Assembly (NCBI GenBank): GCA_023246715.1
Contig: JAHFHZ010000004.1
Location: forward strand, 1 to 50,471
Reading direction: 5' to 3'
DNA length: 50,471 nt
Source of the DNA: Candidatus Magasanikiibacteriota bacterium
Lineage (GTDB): Bacteria > Patescibacteriota > Patescibacteriia > Magasanikbacterales > GWA2-37-8
The position numbers and the translations under genes are program-made. How positions within the stretch are numbered: position 1 is the stretch's first letter; the number at the start of each line of letters is the position of its first letter. Shown piece after piece: positions 31,218 through 41,243 of this stretch. A model generated the notes under the pieces. It was not told the origin of the DNA. It saw nothing but the letters and a program-made list of their open reading frames with translations, and made no database searches.

Positions 31218-31925
31218 ATGGGTCATAAAGTCCATCCTAAAATTCACCGCACGCCAGCCATTTTCCCTTGGGATTCACGCTGGTATGCCAGCCCGAAACA
31301 ACTACCCTTGTTCATGAAGCAAGAAGTAGCCGTGCGGGAATATTTGGAAAAGAAATTTAAAGATGCCGGTATTGACGCGGTCAGTATCGAACGCTCGCCC
31401 AAAGAAATGACCATTACCGTGCTCACCGCCAAACCGGGCGTGATTATTGGACGGAGTGGCCAAGGGCTCGAGACAATTCGCAAAGATTTGGAACGAGGAA
31501 TTTTACAATTCAAATTGAAAGCCAAGCTTAATATCCAAGCGGTGAACCAACCGGCTTTGTCGGCAACCATTATGGCGCAGAACGCCGCTTCCGAAATTGA
31601 ACGCCGTCTGCCATTCCGCCGGGTAATGAAACAAGCTTTGCAAAAAGTAATGACCGCCGGCGCCCAGGGAGTAAAGATGCGCATGGGTGGCCGCTTGAAT
31701 GGAGCCGAAATTGCCCGTACCGAAAAGTTGGCCAAAGGCAAAATGTCTTTGATCACCATTCGCAGTAAAGTAGACTACGGTTTCGCCGAAGCTCAGACCG
31801 TGTACGGCAAAATCGGGATTAAAGTTTGGATTTACCAAGGTGAAGCGTTTGGTCGCCAGGACAAATTTGATAAAAAAGAACTGGTCAAACCTGCCGTGCC
31901 CGTTCTTCGCAAAGCCAGAGCCTAA
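31218..31925 (+). CDS. rpsC: 30S ribosomal protein S3
   Basis: MGHKVHP, KPGVIIG, GRLNGAEIARTE. Confidence 0.98.
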   Translation: MGHKVHPKIHRTPAIFPWDSRWYASPKQLPLFMKQEVAVREYLEKKFKDAGIDAVSIERSPKEMTITVLTAKPGVIIGRSGQGLETIRKDLERGILQFKLKAKLNIQAVNQPALSATIMAQNAASEIERRLPFRRVMKQALQKVMTAGAQGVKMRMGGRLNGAEIARTEKLAKGKMSLITIRSKVDYGFAEAQTVYGKIGIKVWIYQGEAFGRQDKFDKKELVKPAVPVLRKARA

Positions 31926-31940
31926 ATGTATTGCTGAAGT

Positions 31941-32357
31941 ATGCTGTTACCCAAAAAAGTACAACACCGTAAATGGCATAAAGGCCGCCGCCGCCAAAAA
32001 GGCATGGCCACGCGCACGATCGCGCTTAGTTTTGGTGACTTCGGTTTGAAGGCGCTGAGCTATGGCTGGGTAACCAGCCGCCAACTCGAAGCGGTCCGCC
32101 GCGTGCTTACCCGATTTGTGCGTCGCGGTGGTAAGATCTGGATCCGCGTTTTCCCCGACAAACCAGTCACAAAAAAAGGTAACGAAACCCCGATGGGTGG
32201 TGGTAAGGGCTCCCCGGATCATTATGTGACCGTGGTCAAACCAGGCACCGTACTGTTTGAAATGGTGGGTGTGACGCGCGAATCCGCGCAGCAGGCAATG
32301 AAGCTCGCTGGGTACAAGTTCGGAGTCAAAACGCGCTTTATAGAGAAAATCAAATAA
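31941..32357 (+). CDS. rplP: 50S ribosomal protein L16
   Basis: [21 protein letters not shown]. Confidence 0.98.
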   Translation: MLLPKKVQHRKWHKGRRRQKGMATRTIALSFGDFGLKALSYGWVTSRQLEAVRRVLTRFVRRGGKIWIRVFPDKPVTKKGNETPMGGGKGSPDHYVTVVKPGTVLFEMVGVTRESAQQAMKLAGYKFGVKTRFIEKIK

Positions 32358-32366
32358 ACCGTTCGT

Positions 32367-32558
32367 ATGGATTTTAAGGATTTAAAAAATAAAAGTACTG
32401 CCGAGCTTGGCGAACTGCTGAAGGAAACCGAGTCCCGCTTGGGCGCGCTTAAATTCAAACGTGTCGGCGAGGCCACCAAGCAGCCGCACCTGTTCCGTTT
32501 GTGGCGCCGGGCAATTGCCCAGATTAAATTTTTGCTTGAGAGCAATAAAGCCCGTTAA
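32367..32558 (+). CDS. rpmC: 50S ribosomal protein L29
   Basis: Operon position; PH....RRAIAQIK. Confidence 0.92.
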   Translation: MDFKDLKNKSTAELGELLKETESRLGALKFKRVGEATKQPHLFRLWRRAIAQIKFLLESNKAR

Positions 32559-32572
32559 TTTTGGATCATTAT

Positions 32573-32842
32573 ATGGAAAAGAAACCAAAGACAACTAAGG
32601 CTCCGGTAAGCAAACGAACATTCCAGGGAAAAGTGGTTGCGGCCAAGAGCGCCAAAACCATTACGGTTCAGGTTGATACCATGAAATTGCATACCAAATA
32701 CCATAAAAAATATCGGGTGAGCGCCAAGTTCCACGTGCACGATGAGACAGGTAAAGCCAAAGTTGGCGACGTGGTGAAATTTCAGGAATGCCGCCCCTTA
32801 TCCAAAACGAAGCGTTGGTTTTTAGTAACCAAGAGTGTTTAA
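32573..32842 (+). CDS. rpsQ: 30S ribosomal protein S17
   Basis: HDE, ECRPLSKTKRW. Confidence 0.97.
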   Translation: MEKKPKTTKAPVSKRTFQGKVVAAKSAKTITVQVDTMKLHTKYHKKYRVSAKFHVHDETGKAKVGDVVKFQECRPLSKTKRWFLVTKSV

Positions 32843-32857
32843 ACGTGTTGCCTGCGT

Positions 32858-33229
32858 ATGATCCAGCATCGAACCATGTTAAAATCCGCCGATAATACCG
32901 GAGCTAAAAAACTCCAGTGTATCCGCGTGCTTGGCGGCTATAAAAAACGCTACGCCCAGATCGGGGACATTATTACTTGCGTCGTGAAAGAAGCAGCACC
33001 CCGCGGATTGGTAAAGAAAAGCGACATTGTCCACGCCGTAATCGTGCGCCAGCACAAAGAGTATGGCCGCGCCGACGGTACCTATGTGCGCTTCGACGAA
33101 AACGCCGTCGTTATCGTGGATCGTGCCAGCAAAGAACCGAAAGGTTCGCGTATTTTCGGGCCGGTGGCGCGCGAGCTGCGCACCAAGGGATTCCAGAAAA
33201 TCATTTCGCTTGCCCCCGAAGTATTATAA
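32858..33229 (+). CDS. rplN: 50S ribosomal protein L14
   Basis: [26 protein letters not shown]. Confidence 0.99.
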   Translation: MIQHRTMLKSADNTGAKKLQCIRVLGGYKKRYAQIGDIITCVVKEAAPRGLVKKSDIVHAVIVRQHKEYGRADGTYVRFDENAVVIVDRASKEPKGSRIFGPVARELRTKGFQKIISLAPEVL

Positions 33230-33236
33230 ATTTTGT

Positions 33237-33548
33237 ATGTTAAAGATTAAAAAGAACGACAAAATTAAAGTGTTGAGCGGCAAGGATGCTGGCAAGACCG
33301 GTCCGGTTATTCAGGTTTTCCCCGAAACGCGCCAGGTGGTAGTAGAGGGGCTCAATATTATTAAAAAACACCTGCGCGCCAGCAAGAGCGGCGAAAAGGG
33401 TCGCAAGATCGAACTCGCCGGCCCTATCGCGATGAGCAAAGTCGCGGTGATTTGTCCAAAGTGCTCCAAGGCCGTGCGCGTTGGGTTTAAAGTTGATGCC
33501 GACGTTAAACATCGGGTGTGCAAAGGCTGTGAACAACTAATTGATTAA
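33237..33548 (+). CDS. rplX: 50S ribosomal protein L24
   Basis: [16 protein letters not shown]; CxxC..CxxC. Confidence 0.96.
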   Translation: MLKIKKNDKIKVLSGKDAGKTGPVIQVFPETRQVVVEGLNIIKKHLRASKSGEKGRKIELAGPIAMSKVAVICPKCSKAVRVGFKVDADVKHRVCKGCEQLID

Positions 33549-33569
33549 TTGCCAGTTACGCAAGTCGTT

Positions 33570-34112
33570 ATGAATTCCTTATATAAAAATTACAAAACCG
33601 TGATTGCCCCTGCTTTGCAAAAAGAGTTGGGGCTAAAAAACGCGATGCAAGTACCCCGCGTCACCAAAGTGGTGCTCAATGTTGGCATTGGTCGTTTTGT
33701 GAAAGAAGCCGGTTTTGCCGATACTGTAGTTAAGGTGCTGCAAAAAATCACTGGTCAAAAACCGGTACGCACCCGCGCCAAGCAATCGATTTCCAACTTT
33801 AAAATTCGTGAAGGCATGGAAATCGGCGTGGCCGTCACCTTGCGCGGCACCCGGATGTACGACTTTCTAGAAAAATTACTGCGCGTTACCCTGCCCCGCG
33901 TTCGCGACTTTCGCGGTATTTCTGATAAATGTTTTGATCGCCAGGGAAATTACACGCTTGGTTTTAAGGAACATTTGGCTTTCCCTGAAGTTAAAATGGA
34001 AGAAATTGATCGCGTGCATGGTTTGCAAATCACCATTGCGACCACTGCCGGGAACAAAGCTGCTGGACAAGCGTTATTGGCCGGCCTCGGGTTCCCGTTT
34101 ATTAAGAAATAA
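33570..34112 (+). CDS. rplE: 50S ribosomal protein L5
   Basis: ITGQKP, FKIREG, LPRVRDFRG. Confidence 0.98.
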   Translation: MNSLYKNYKTVIAPALQKELGLKNAMQVPRVTKVVLNVGIGRFVKEAGFADTVVKVLQKITGQKPVRTRAKQSISNFKIREGMEIGVAVTLRGTRMYDFLEKLLRVTLPRVRDFRGISDKCFDRQGNYTLGFKEHLAFPEVKMEEIDRVHGLQITIATTAGNKAAGQALLAGLGFPFIKK

Positions 34113-34127
34113 TTATCCTATTTTGGT

Positions 34128-34313
34128 ATGGCTACTTGGGCCCAGATCGCAAAATCAGAGCGCACTCCGAAATTTTCCACTCGCGCGGTAAACCGCTGTT
34201 TTCAGTGCGGTCGCCGTCGCGGATTTATGCGCCGGTTTCGATTATGCCGTATCTGTTTCCGCGAACTTGCTAACGCCGGGCGCATCCCGGGCGTGCGCAA
34301 GTCAAGCTGGTAA
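34128..34313 (+). CDS. rpsN: 30S ribosomal protein S14 (zinc-binding type Z)
   Basis: RCFQCGR..LCRICFRE..PGVRKSSW. Confidence 0.97.
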   Translation: MATWAQIAKSERTPKFSTRAVNRCFQCGRRRGFMRRFRLCRICFRELANAGRIPGVRKSSW

Positions 34314-34366
34314 ATACCGCTATTTATTTATTATACTGTCGCCAATAAACACCTAAACTTTCAGTT

Positions 34367-34756
34367 ATGATGACCGATCCAATCGCCGACATGCTTACGC
34401 GGATTCGTAACGCCTCTATGGTTCACAAAAAAGAGGTAGCGATTCCGTATTCCAAAATAAAACTCGCGATCGCGACTATTTTGGCGCGCGAAGGTTATAT
34501 TGTGAGCGTGGAGGAGTTGAAGGATAACCATCCGTATCTGCTCCTGACGCTGAAATACGAAAATGGTGAACCGGCTATCCACCACTTAAAGCGCATCAGC
34601 AAGCCTGGCCAGCGTACCTATGTCAAGAAAGATGCTATCGACCGGGTGCTCAACGGCTATGGATTGGCTATTTTATCTACCCCCTCGGGCGTGCTTACCG
34701 ATGCCGAAGCCAAAGGAGCCAACGTCGGCGGCGAGCTTTTGTGCGAAGTGTACTAA
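34367..34756 (+). CDS. rpsH: 30S ribosomal protein S8
   Basis: TDPIADMLTRIRNA, ISKPG. Confidence 0.98.
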   Translation: MMTDPIADMLTRIRNASMVHKKEVAIPYSKIKLAIATILAREGYIVSVEELKDNHPYLLLTLKYENGEPAIHHLKRISKPGQRTYVKKDAIDRVLNGYGLAILSTPSGVLTDAEAKGANVGGELLCEVY

Positions 34757-34772
34757 CTATAGCCCTTGATTT

Positions 34773-35318
34773 ATGTCCCGTATTGGAAAAAAACTTATTA
34801 CCATTCCCGCTGGCGCAAGCGTACAGGTGAGCAGCCGTGAAGTGGTGGTGAAAGGTCCGAAAGGCGAAATTCGCCTAGCGTTACACCCCCATATCACCGT
34901 GCTCGAAACGGCCGAGGGTTTGACTGTAAAGCCAGTCAGCGAAACCAACAAAAAAGATCGTGCCCTGTGGGGAACTTTTGCCAGCATTATTCGCAATATG
35001 ATCGCCGGGGTCACCACCGGGTTTAAAAAACAGCTTGAAATCAATGGTGTCGGGTATAAGGCCACGCTAAAAGGAAAAAATTTGCAGTTGGAAGTTGGCT
35101 TTACTCATCCGGTAGAAGTCGCTGCGCCCGCTGGCATTGCCTTTAGCGTGGAAAAGAATATAATCACCGTTGAGGGCGCGGACAAACATTTGGTTGGTGA
35201 GCTTGCCGCTCATATCCGCTCGGTCAAAAAGCCTGAACCGTATAAAGGTAAGGGTATTAGATATATCGATGAAGTAATTCGCCGCAAAGCCGGTAAAACC
35301 GCGGCCAAAGCCGCCTAA
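34773..35318 (+). CDS. rplF: 50S ribosomal protein L6
   Basis: MSRIGK, KGPKG, PEPYKGKGIRY. Confidence 0.98.
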   Translation: MSRIGKKLITIPAGASVQVSSREVVVKGPKGEIRLALHPHITVLETAEGLTVKPVSETNKKDRALWGTFASIIRNMIAGVTTGFKKQLEINGVGYKATLKGKNLQLEVGFTHPVEVAAPAGIAFSVEKNIITVEGADKHLVGELAAHIRSVKKPEPYKGKGIRYIDEVIRRKAGKTAAKAA

Positions 35319-35324
35319 TCGCGT

Positions 35325-35702
35325 ATGAAGCAACTAATTAAAACTACCAAAAATAAGTTACGCCAGGTTCGTCATCGCCGGGTTCGCGCACGCGTTTCTG
35401 GCACTGCCCAACTACCACGTTTGTCGGTATTTCGCAGCCTGACAGCCGTGCGTTTGCAGCTGATTGATGATGTGACGGGCCGCACCATTTGTGCCATAAA
35501 TACTGATAAAATCGCTGCCGACAAATTATCAGGAACCGGTGGAAAAAAAACCCAGGCCGCCTTTGCTGCGGGAAAAATGCTGGCGGAGCTTGCCTTAGCA
35601 AAAGGAATCAAGCAAGCGGTATTTGACCGCGGTGGGTACAGCTATCACGGCCGGGTGGCCGCGGTGGCCGAAGGCGCCCGCGCCGCTGGCCTGGTTGTTT
35701 AA
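35325..35702 (+). CDS. rplR: 50S ribosomal protein L18
   Basis: PRLSVFRS, FDRGGYSYHGRV. Confidence 0.98.
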   Translation: MKQLIKTTKNKLRQVRHRRVRARVSGTAQLPRLSVFRSLTAVRLQLIDDVTGRTICAINTDKIAADKLSGTGGKKTQAAFAAGKMLAELALAKGIKQAVFDRGGYSYHGRVAAVAEGARAAGLVV

Positions 35703-35732
35703 TTTTGATGACCTTTAGTTACTTTTGTACGT

Positions 35733-36248
35733 ATGCTTCCTAACAAACCGGACAATCGCCGCCCGCGCCGCTCGGATCGACCCGAAGAGAAATCTGAATT
35801 TGAACAGTATATTTTGGATTTGGCTCGCGTTACTCGCGTTACTGAAGGCGGTAAACAAATGAACTTCCGGGTCTGTCTGCTTCTGGGCGACCGTGCCGGC
35901 CGGGTTGGGTATGGCGTGGCCAAAGGCGCCGACGTGCAGTTGGCCGTGGAAAAAGCCGTGCATCAGGCCAAAAAACGCATTATTCGCGTTCCGTTTATCA
36001 ACGAAACCATTCCGCACGCCATTGTGCGCAAATTTAAAGCCGCTCAAGTGATGCTCAAGCCCGCGCCGCGCGGTTCGGGAATTATTGCTGGGGGAGCACT
36101 CCGTTCTGTATTGGATTTGGCGGGTGTGCCAAACGTATCTTCAAAAATTTTGGGAACGACCAAGAATAAAATTACCATTGTTAAAGCAGCCTTTGAAGCG
36201 CTTAAGGGTTTCCAAAAAACCCGCCCGGCTCGCCCGGTTCGTAAGTAA
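35733..36248 (+). CDS. rpsE: 30S ribosomal protein S5
   Basis: RVTRVTEGG, PAPRGSGIIAGG. Confidence 0.98.
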   Translation: MLPNKPDNRRPRRSDRPEEKSEFEQYILDLARVTRVTEGGKQMNFRVCLLLGDRAGRVGYGVAKGADVQLAVEKAVHQAKKRIIRVPFINETIPHAIVRKFKAAQVMLKPAPRGSGIIAGGALRSVLDLAGVPNVSSKILGTTKNKITIVKAAFEALKGFQKTRPARPVRK

Positions 36249-36257
36249 TTGTTTTTT

Positions 36258-36695
36258 ATGTTACAGCCACATACTATTCGCCCTGCTCGCGGAGCAAAAC
36301 ACAGTGTCAAAAAAATCGGCCGTGGTAATGCTTCGGGCCATGGCACCTCTTCGGGTCGCGGTGGCAAAGGCCAAACTGCCCGCTCGGGCGGCAGTCGCGG
36401 CATTCAGGCGCGCGCTTTTAAATTTTTGTTGCAATCAACTCCTAAGCTCCGGGGCTTCACCAGCATTGCTGTAAAACCAGCCGAAGTATCGCTGAGTGAT
36501 TTAGAAACGAAGTTTAACGTCGGTGAAACCGTTGATCTGGCCGCTCTCAAGGCCAAACGCATTGTGCCCAGGGCTGCTGCTGCCGCTAAAATTTTGTCGA
36601 GCGGAGCGCTAAACAAAAAATTAACCATTGTTGGAATCAAAGCTTCTAAAGTAGCTGCCGAAAAAATTACGGCCGCGGGCGGCGAAATAAAATAA
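36258..36695 (+). CDS. rplO: 50S ribosomal protein L15 (follows rpsE directly; no rpmD)
   Basis: GRGNASGHG..GRGGKGQTARSG. Confidence 0.97.
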   Translation: MLQPHTIRPARGAKHSVKKIGRGNASGHGTSSGRGGKGQTARSGGSRGIQARAFKFLLQSTPKLRGFTSIAVKPAEVSLSDLETKFNVGETVDLAALKAKRIVPRAAAAAKILSSGALNKKLTIVGIKASKVAAEKITAAGGEIK

Positions 36696-36778
36696 TTGGC
36701 TTCTTGGCGCAGCTCTGCTCTTGAGCGCGAGGCCCTTCTCTGGCCGCTGTTCGTTTAACCACTATTCACGCCGAATAT

Positions 36779-38053
36779 ATGTGGGACAAACTACGTCAAA
36801 TTTGGAAAATTGAAGAATTGCGAAATAAACTGTTATTTGTAGCCGGACTTTTAGTAGTTTTTCGGTTAATTGCGCATATTCCGATTCCCGGGGTAGACGT
36901 CGTGCAGCTCCAAAACTATCTGGCCGGTAATCAAATTTTGGGTTTCATTAATCTGTTTTCGGGCGGTGCGATCACCAACTTTTCGCTCATCGCTTTGGGG
37001 GTTGGCCCGTATATCACCGCTTCGATCATTTTGCAGCTGTTAACCATGATCGTGCCGAGCCTGGAAGAATTAAGCAAAGAAGGTGAATCCGGCCAGCAAA
37101 AAATTAACACCTATACTCGTTTTCTCACCGTACCGCTCGCGCTCCTGCAGGCTTTTGCCACCGTGCGTTTACTGAGTGCTCAGGGCGGCCAAATTTTGGG
37201 CACGCTGACGCCGTTTAGAACTATTACCATTATCCTCACCCTCACCGCCGGAACCATGTTTTTGATGTGGCTGGGTGAAAATATTTCCGAAAAGAAAGTT
37301 GGCAACGGCATGTCACTTTTGATTTTTGCCGGCATCGTATCCAGCCTACCTACGGCACTGCGTAATATCGCGATCAACTATAATCCCTCGGATCTTACTA
37401 CCTTGATTTTGTTCGGCGCGGTAGGAATCCTTACCATTGTCGGCGTAGTCTTTATCACCGAAGGTCAGCGCAACATTCCGGTGAGTTACGCTAAACAAGT
37501 TCGAGGCAACCGCATGTTTGGTGGTATCCAAACCCACCTGCCGTTCCGGGTGAATATGGCTGGCGTAATCCCCATCATCTTTGCTATTTCGTTAATTTTG
37601 TTCCCGTCGCTGGTCGCTCAATTCTTCGTGGCCGCTAAAACCGCTTGGTTGGCTAGCCTGGCGCGCGGCACCATTACCCTGTTCCAGAATCATATTTTTT
37701 ATGACATTTTGTATTTTACTTTGGTAGTAGCTTTCACCTATTTCTACAGCGCCATTATTTTTCAACCCCATAAAATTGCCGAAAATTTGCAGAAGCAAGG
37801 CGGTTTTATCCCGGGTATTCGCCCGGGCAAAGAAACCGAAAAGTATTTGGGCGCGACCATGCTCCGCTTGAATCTCACCGGCGCGCTTTTCTTGGGTGGT
37901 ATCGCGGTGTTGCCATTGGTTATTAGTGGTGTTGGCGGGACGCAGAACCTTACCATTGGCGGTACGAGCCTGTTGATCGTGGTGGCGGTAGCAATTGAAA
38001 CCGCCAAGCAAATCGAAGCGCAACTGACGGTTTACGAATACGACCAAGTATAA
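36779..38053 (+). CDS. secY: Preprotein translocase subunit SecY
   Basis: LGVGPYITASII, GNGMSLLIFAGI, GGFIPGIRPG, GGTSLLIVV. Confidence 0.99.
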   Translation: MWDKLRQIWKIEELRNKLLFVAGLLVVFRLIAHIPIPGVDVVQLQNYLAGNQILGFINLFSGGAITNFSLIALGVGPYITASIILQLLTMIVPSLEELSKEGESGQQKINTYTRFLTVPLALLQAFATVRLLSAQGGQILGTLTPFRTITIILTLTAGTMFLMWLGENISEKKVGNGMSLLIFAGIVSSLPTALRNIAINYNPSDLTTLILFGAVGILTIVGVVFITEGQRNIPVSYAKQVRGNRMFGGIQTHLPFRVNMAGVIPIIFAISLILFPSLVAQFFVAAKTAWLASLARGTITLFQNHIFYDILYFTLVVAFTYFYSAIIFQPHKIAENLQKQGGFIPGIRPGKETEKYLGATMLRLNLTGALFLGGIAVLPLVISGVGGTQNLTIGGTSLLIVVAVAIETAKQIEAQLTVYEYDQV

Positions 38054-38175
38054 AAAATAATCACCAGTATTTTCTCACCCGCCGTTAAGGCGGTTTTTTA
38101 TTGACAAAAAAATATGTCGAGAGTACGATATAAAATCGTTCCTTGACGCCCCACTTGCTAGTGAGGAGGCCTGGT

Positions 38176-38460
38176 ATGTCGCCCCCCAGTTCGTTTGTTA
38201 ACCGCTCTGATCAGCTTTCAATTACGAAACTCCCCACTACCTCCAAAATTGAGTATCATAAAAAACACCCCTGACGGGGGGTATCTTTTATGATAGCAGA
38301 TTTATTGCTTTTAGGGGGTTTCGTAATTCAAAGCTTAACCAAGGGGCCGAAGACGATGAGGCCCAAAGTTGGCTCCGCGGTGCGGGCGGCCCCGCCGCCG
38401 TTATGGTCGCGGTTGCTCCTCGTACGATCTGTGCCTGTAGCGCCCGTCCGCGCGGCTTGA
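38176..38460 (+). pseudogene. GC-rich cassette gene interrupted by MITE-like insertion
   Basis: Promoter TTGACA-17-TACGAT (38101), GAGGAGG SD, ATG 38176; GC-rich coding-like sequence resumes after 38335 and ends at a TGA followed by a C-rich tail. Confidence 0.5.
38213..38335. mobile_element. 123-bp MITE-like element with 22-bp terminal inverted repeats
   Basis: AGCTTTCAATTACGAAACTCCC ... GGGGGTTTCGTAATTCAAAGCT (20/22 match); second copy at 31-104. Confidence 0.72.
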
Positions 38461-38504
38461 ACCCCTCAAGCCGCTTCCCTCAATGCTTTCTGCTTGTACC
38501 AAGA

Positions 38505-38653
38505 AGCTTCGAATTACAAAATGTCACCTTTTGTCATTGTGAGGATCGCAGCGACGAAGCAGTCCCATCGCGTTGTAGCACTAAACCAGGGGATTGCTTC
38601 GCTCCTTACAGTCGCTCGCAATGACAATAAGGGTGCTTTCGTAATTTACAGCA
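38505..38653. repeat. Degenerate related TIRs enclosing a REP-like palindrome (GTCATTG..GCAATGAC)
   Basis: AGCTTCGAATTACAAAA ... TTTCGTAATTTACAGC; internal GTCATTGTGAG..CGAAGCAGTCC..GGATTGCTTCG..CTCGCAATGAC; AAGAA on both flanks. Confidence 0.6.
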
Positions 38654-38923
38654 AGAAGAGCGCACGGGGGAACTAAAACCTTAAAACCGGCTATTAAAGC
38701 TGTTTTTTGTTTTATTCAATTGTTTTACTCAATACTATTGACAAATTGCCAAAAATGTGCTAAGATAAGCGGTTGTTCTTTACATTTTGGCTTACTACGG
38801 CCCTGAAAACGGCCTGAAATACGCACGATTTACCTTTGAATATCAACCTCAAGGGTGAATCGTGCGTATTTGGTCGCCGGTTGAGAAGCCGGCCAGGAAT
38901 TGGTGCTTTCAAGGAGGTCTTTG

Positions 38924-39514
38924 ATGCCACAGACAAGCAGCCCCACTCCGAACGACTCGTTCCAGCAGTGCAACGGCAAGTGGCCCGGCGGCAAGCGCTG
39001 CACCAGGCAGCAGGAGCGGCTCCACTGCCCCGAGCACCTCGAGCAGATCCTGCTCGCGGCTCGCTTCGCCAACGAGGAGGACATTTCCCCCGGGGAGATG
39101 TTCTGGTATCGGTACAGCGTGAGCGGGCCCCGGATCTGGTTCCTCACATGTGAGGACCGGATCGAATTCGCCGACCCCCCGGCGCTGCCCGCCGGCTGCG
39201 GCCCCAACGACCGCGCCGCCGCCGAGCAGAGCGCCCTCGAGCGTCCGCGCCAGATCAATCGCGCCGCCCCGCCCCAGCGGCCCCGGCGCGACGATCAGCG
39301 CCCCGCCCGCGAGCGCCTGCAGCAGCCCCACCCCGTGCAGATGCCGGATCGGCCATTCCGGCCGCTCGTGCACCGCCTGGCGGCTGAGCCGAGCACCCCC
39401 GAGCAGCGCTTCGCGCAGCCGGTCACGACCACCATACGTAGCCCCCGCTACGCCGTGTTCGCCCCGACGCTCGCTCGCCGCCACGGCGGCCCCAAGGGCA
39501 ACAACGACCGGTAG
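38924..39514 (+). CDS. GC-rich cassette between secY and adk: putative Zn-finger (QCxG..RC..CxxH) plus Arg/Pro-rich tail
   Basis: Promoter TTGACA-17-TAAGAT (38738-38766); AAGGAGGT SD; 39181-39240 has 50/60 G+C. Confidence 0.72.
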   Translation: MPQTSSPTPNDSFQQCNGKWPGGKRCTRQQERLHCPEHLEQILLAARFANEEDISPGEMFWYRYSVSGPRIWFLTCEDRIEFADPPALPAGCGPNDRAAAEQSALERPRQINRAAPPQRPRRDDQRPARERLQQPHPVQMPDRPFRPLVHRLAAEPSTPEQRFAQPVTTTIRSPRYAVFAPTLARRHGGPKGNNDR

Positions 39515-39708
39515 CCCCGCTTTCGGCAGCCAACGCCCCTCACGCCCACCCCGCGGCTCCCCAAAGCCGCGCTCCAAATAGCAATTTCTTTCTAAATTAA
39601 AGAGGAATTTCTTCTGGGGCAGAGGTCGTTAATCCGCTTAAAAATCATTCCAAACGGAGTGATTTTTTTGCTTGTCAAAGCAGGCGATTTTTGATAGCCT
39701 GAAACAGT

Positions 39709-40383
39709 ATGAAAAAAATTATTATCCTGTTTGGGCCGCCCGGCAGCGGCAAAGGAACTCAGGCCAAACGTATCGCCGAAAGTTTTGGTTACCGGCACAT
39801 ATCGACCGGTGATTTATTACGCGCGCTTTCGGCTGCAGGCACTGTTGACGAGCAGGAACAAAAAGCCCTGGTGGCAATGCAGGGTGGTGCCTTGGTGCCT
39901 GATTGGTTAATTTATAAACTGGCCTTCCAGGCTATTACCGAATCGCTCCAAGCGGGTCAGGGTGTGGTACTCGACGGCGCTATCCGCAACACCGCTCAGG
40001 CCGAACACTATCAGGAATTTTTTAAGCAGCGGGGCGTGGCAGCAGAAGTAGTAGCCATCGAAATCGCCCTCCCCGATGAATTATCGCTTGAACGCCTCAG
40101 CACCCGCCGTGTCTGCGCCGCGTGCGGCGAAATCGTGCCCCTCACCGGCCCTGCTGCCCCGGCCAGCTGCCCCAAATGTGGCGGTAAACTGGTGGCCCGC
40201 GCCGACGACAATCAAGAAGTTGTCCGTAAACGAATTGAACTGCAAGGCAACCAGTCTCTTGCTCCCATCCGGGCTTTTTACCAGGGCCAGGGAACACTCA
40301 AAATTATTAACGGTAACCAATCTATCGCGGCAGTGGCCGAGGAAACAAGTCGTATTTTAAACGCTTCCGAGTATGTTGATTAA
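39709..40383 (+). CDS. adk: Adenylate kinase (zinc-lid type)
   Basis: GPPGSGKGTQA, HISTGDLLR, CAAC..CPKC, RADD. Confidence 0.96.
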   Translation: MKKIIILFGPPGSGKGTQAKRIAESFGYRHISTGDLLRALSAAGTVDEQEQKALVAMQGGALVPDWLIYKLAFQAITESLQAGQGVVLDGAIRNTAQAEHYQEFFKQRGVAAEVVAIEIALPDELSLERLSTRRVCAACGEIVPLTGPAAPASCPKCGGKLVARADDNQEVVRKRIELQGNQSLAPIRAFYQGQGTLKIINGNQSIAAVAEETSRILNASEYVD

Positions 40384-41239
40384 AACTCCCGCCGAATTGG
40401 CTCAGATCAAAAAAGGCGGCCATCTCATGGGTATAATCCTTTCCGAGCTGTATCGGAGTGCGCGCCCGGGAGTTTCAACCTGGGACGTTGACAAAGAGGC
40501 CGAAGCAAAAATTATTGCTTCTGGCGGGACGCCCGCGTTCAAGGGTTACACCACTCGGGTAAGCGACACGCCATTTCCTTCGACAATTTGCGCTTCGGTA
40601 AATACCGACTTGGTGCACGCCATTGCCCGCAAAGAAGTGAAGCTCAAAAAAGGCGATATTTTTAGCATTGATATCGGCATGGAATGGCCATTTAAAAAAG
40701 AAACCAAAAACAAAGAAAAAGGAAAAAAGTTAACCGGTCACCCCGGAGCCTCTCGCGGGTATTTTACTGATACCGCCGTAACATTTGCTTTGGGCGAAGT
40801 TCCTGCTCCGGTAAAAAAACTGCTCGCCGTTACCAAGCAAGCCTTAGAAGAGGGGATTAAAGCCGCCAAACCAGGCAACAGCGTGGCCGCTATTGGTAAA
40901 GCCGTAGAAAGCTACGTCCGCTCGCAAGGCAATTATGGTATTGTTCGCGATCTGGTGGGGCACGGCGTGGGCCATGCCGTGCACGAAGATCCCCATATCC
41001 CCAATTATTACGATCCAGCTTTGGAAAAAATTATCCTTAAGCCCGGCATGGTTATCGCCATCGAACCAATGATCTCGCTCTCGAATGAATACCGCGTGCA
41101 AACCAAACCAGATGGCTGGACGATCGAAATGGTTGACCAGTCGCTCTGCGCGCATTTTGAGCATACCCTGATTATTACCTCGCGCGGCAACACGGTGGTT
41201 ACGCGCCGCCCCGGCGAAGACAAAGAAGTGTTTTGGTAA
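40373..41239 (+). CDS. map: Methionine aminopeptidase type I
   Basis: ICASVN..VH, IDIG, DTA, GHGVG..HEDP, AIEPM, AHFEHT. Confidence 0.96.
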   Translation: MLIKTPAELAQIKKGGHLMGIILSELYRSARPGVSTWDVDKEAEAKIIASGGTPAFKGYTTRVSDTPFPSTICASVNTDLVHAIARKEVKLKKGDIFSIDIGMEWPFKKETKNKEKGKKLTGHPGASRGYFTDTAVTFALGEVPAPVKKLLAVTKQALEEGIKAAKPGNSVAAIGKAVESYVRSQGNYGIVRDLVGHGVGHAVHEDPHIPNYYDPALEKIILKPGMVIAIEPMISLSNEYRVQTKPDGWTIEMVDQSLCAHFEHTLIITSRGNTVVTRRPGEDKEVFW

Positions 41240-41243
41240 CGCT

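Noticed and set aside
36240-36260. Absence of rpmD (L30)
   Set aside because: Known CPR hallmark; used for taxonomy, not novel.
20850-38047. Numerous antisense ORFs across the ribosomal operon
   Set aside because: They overlap unambiguous conserved genes.
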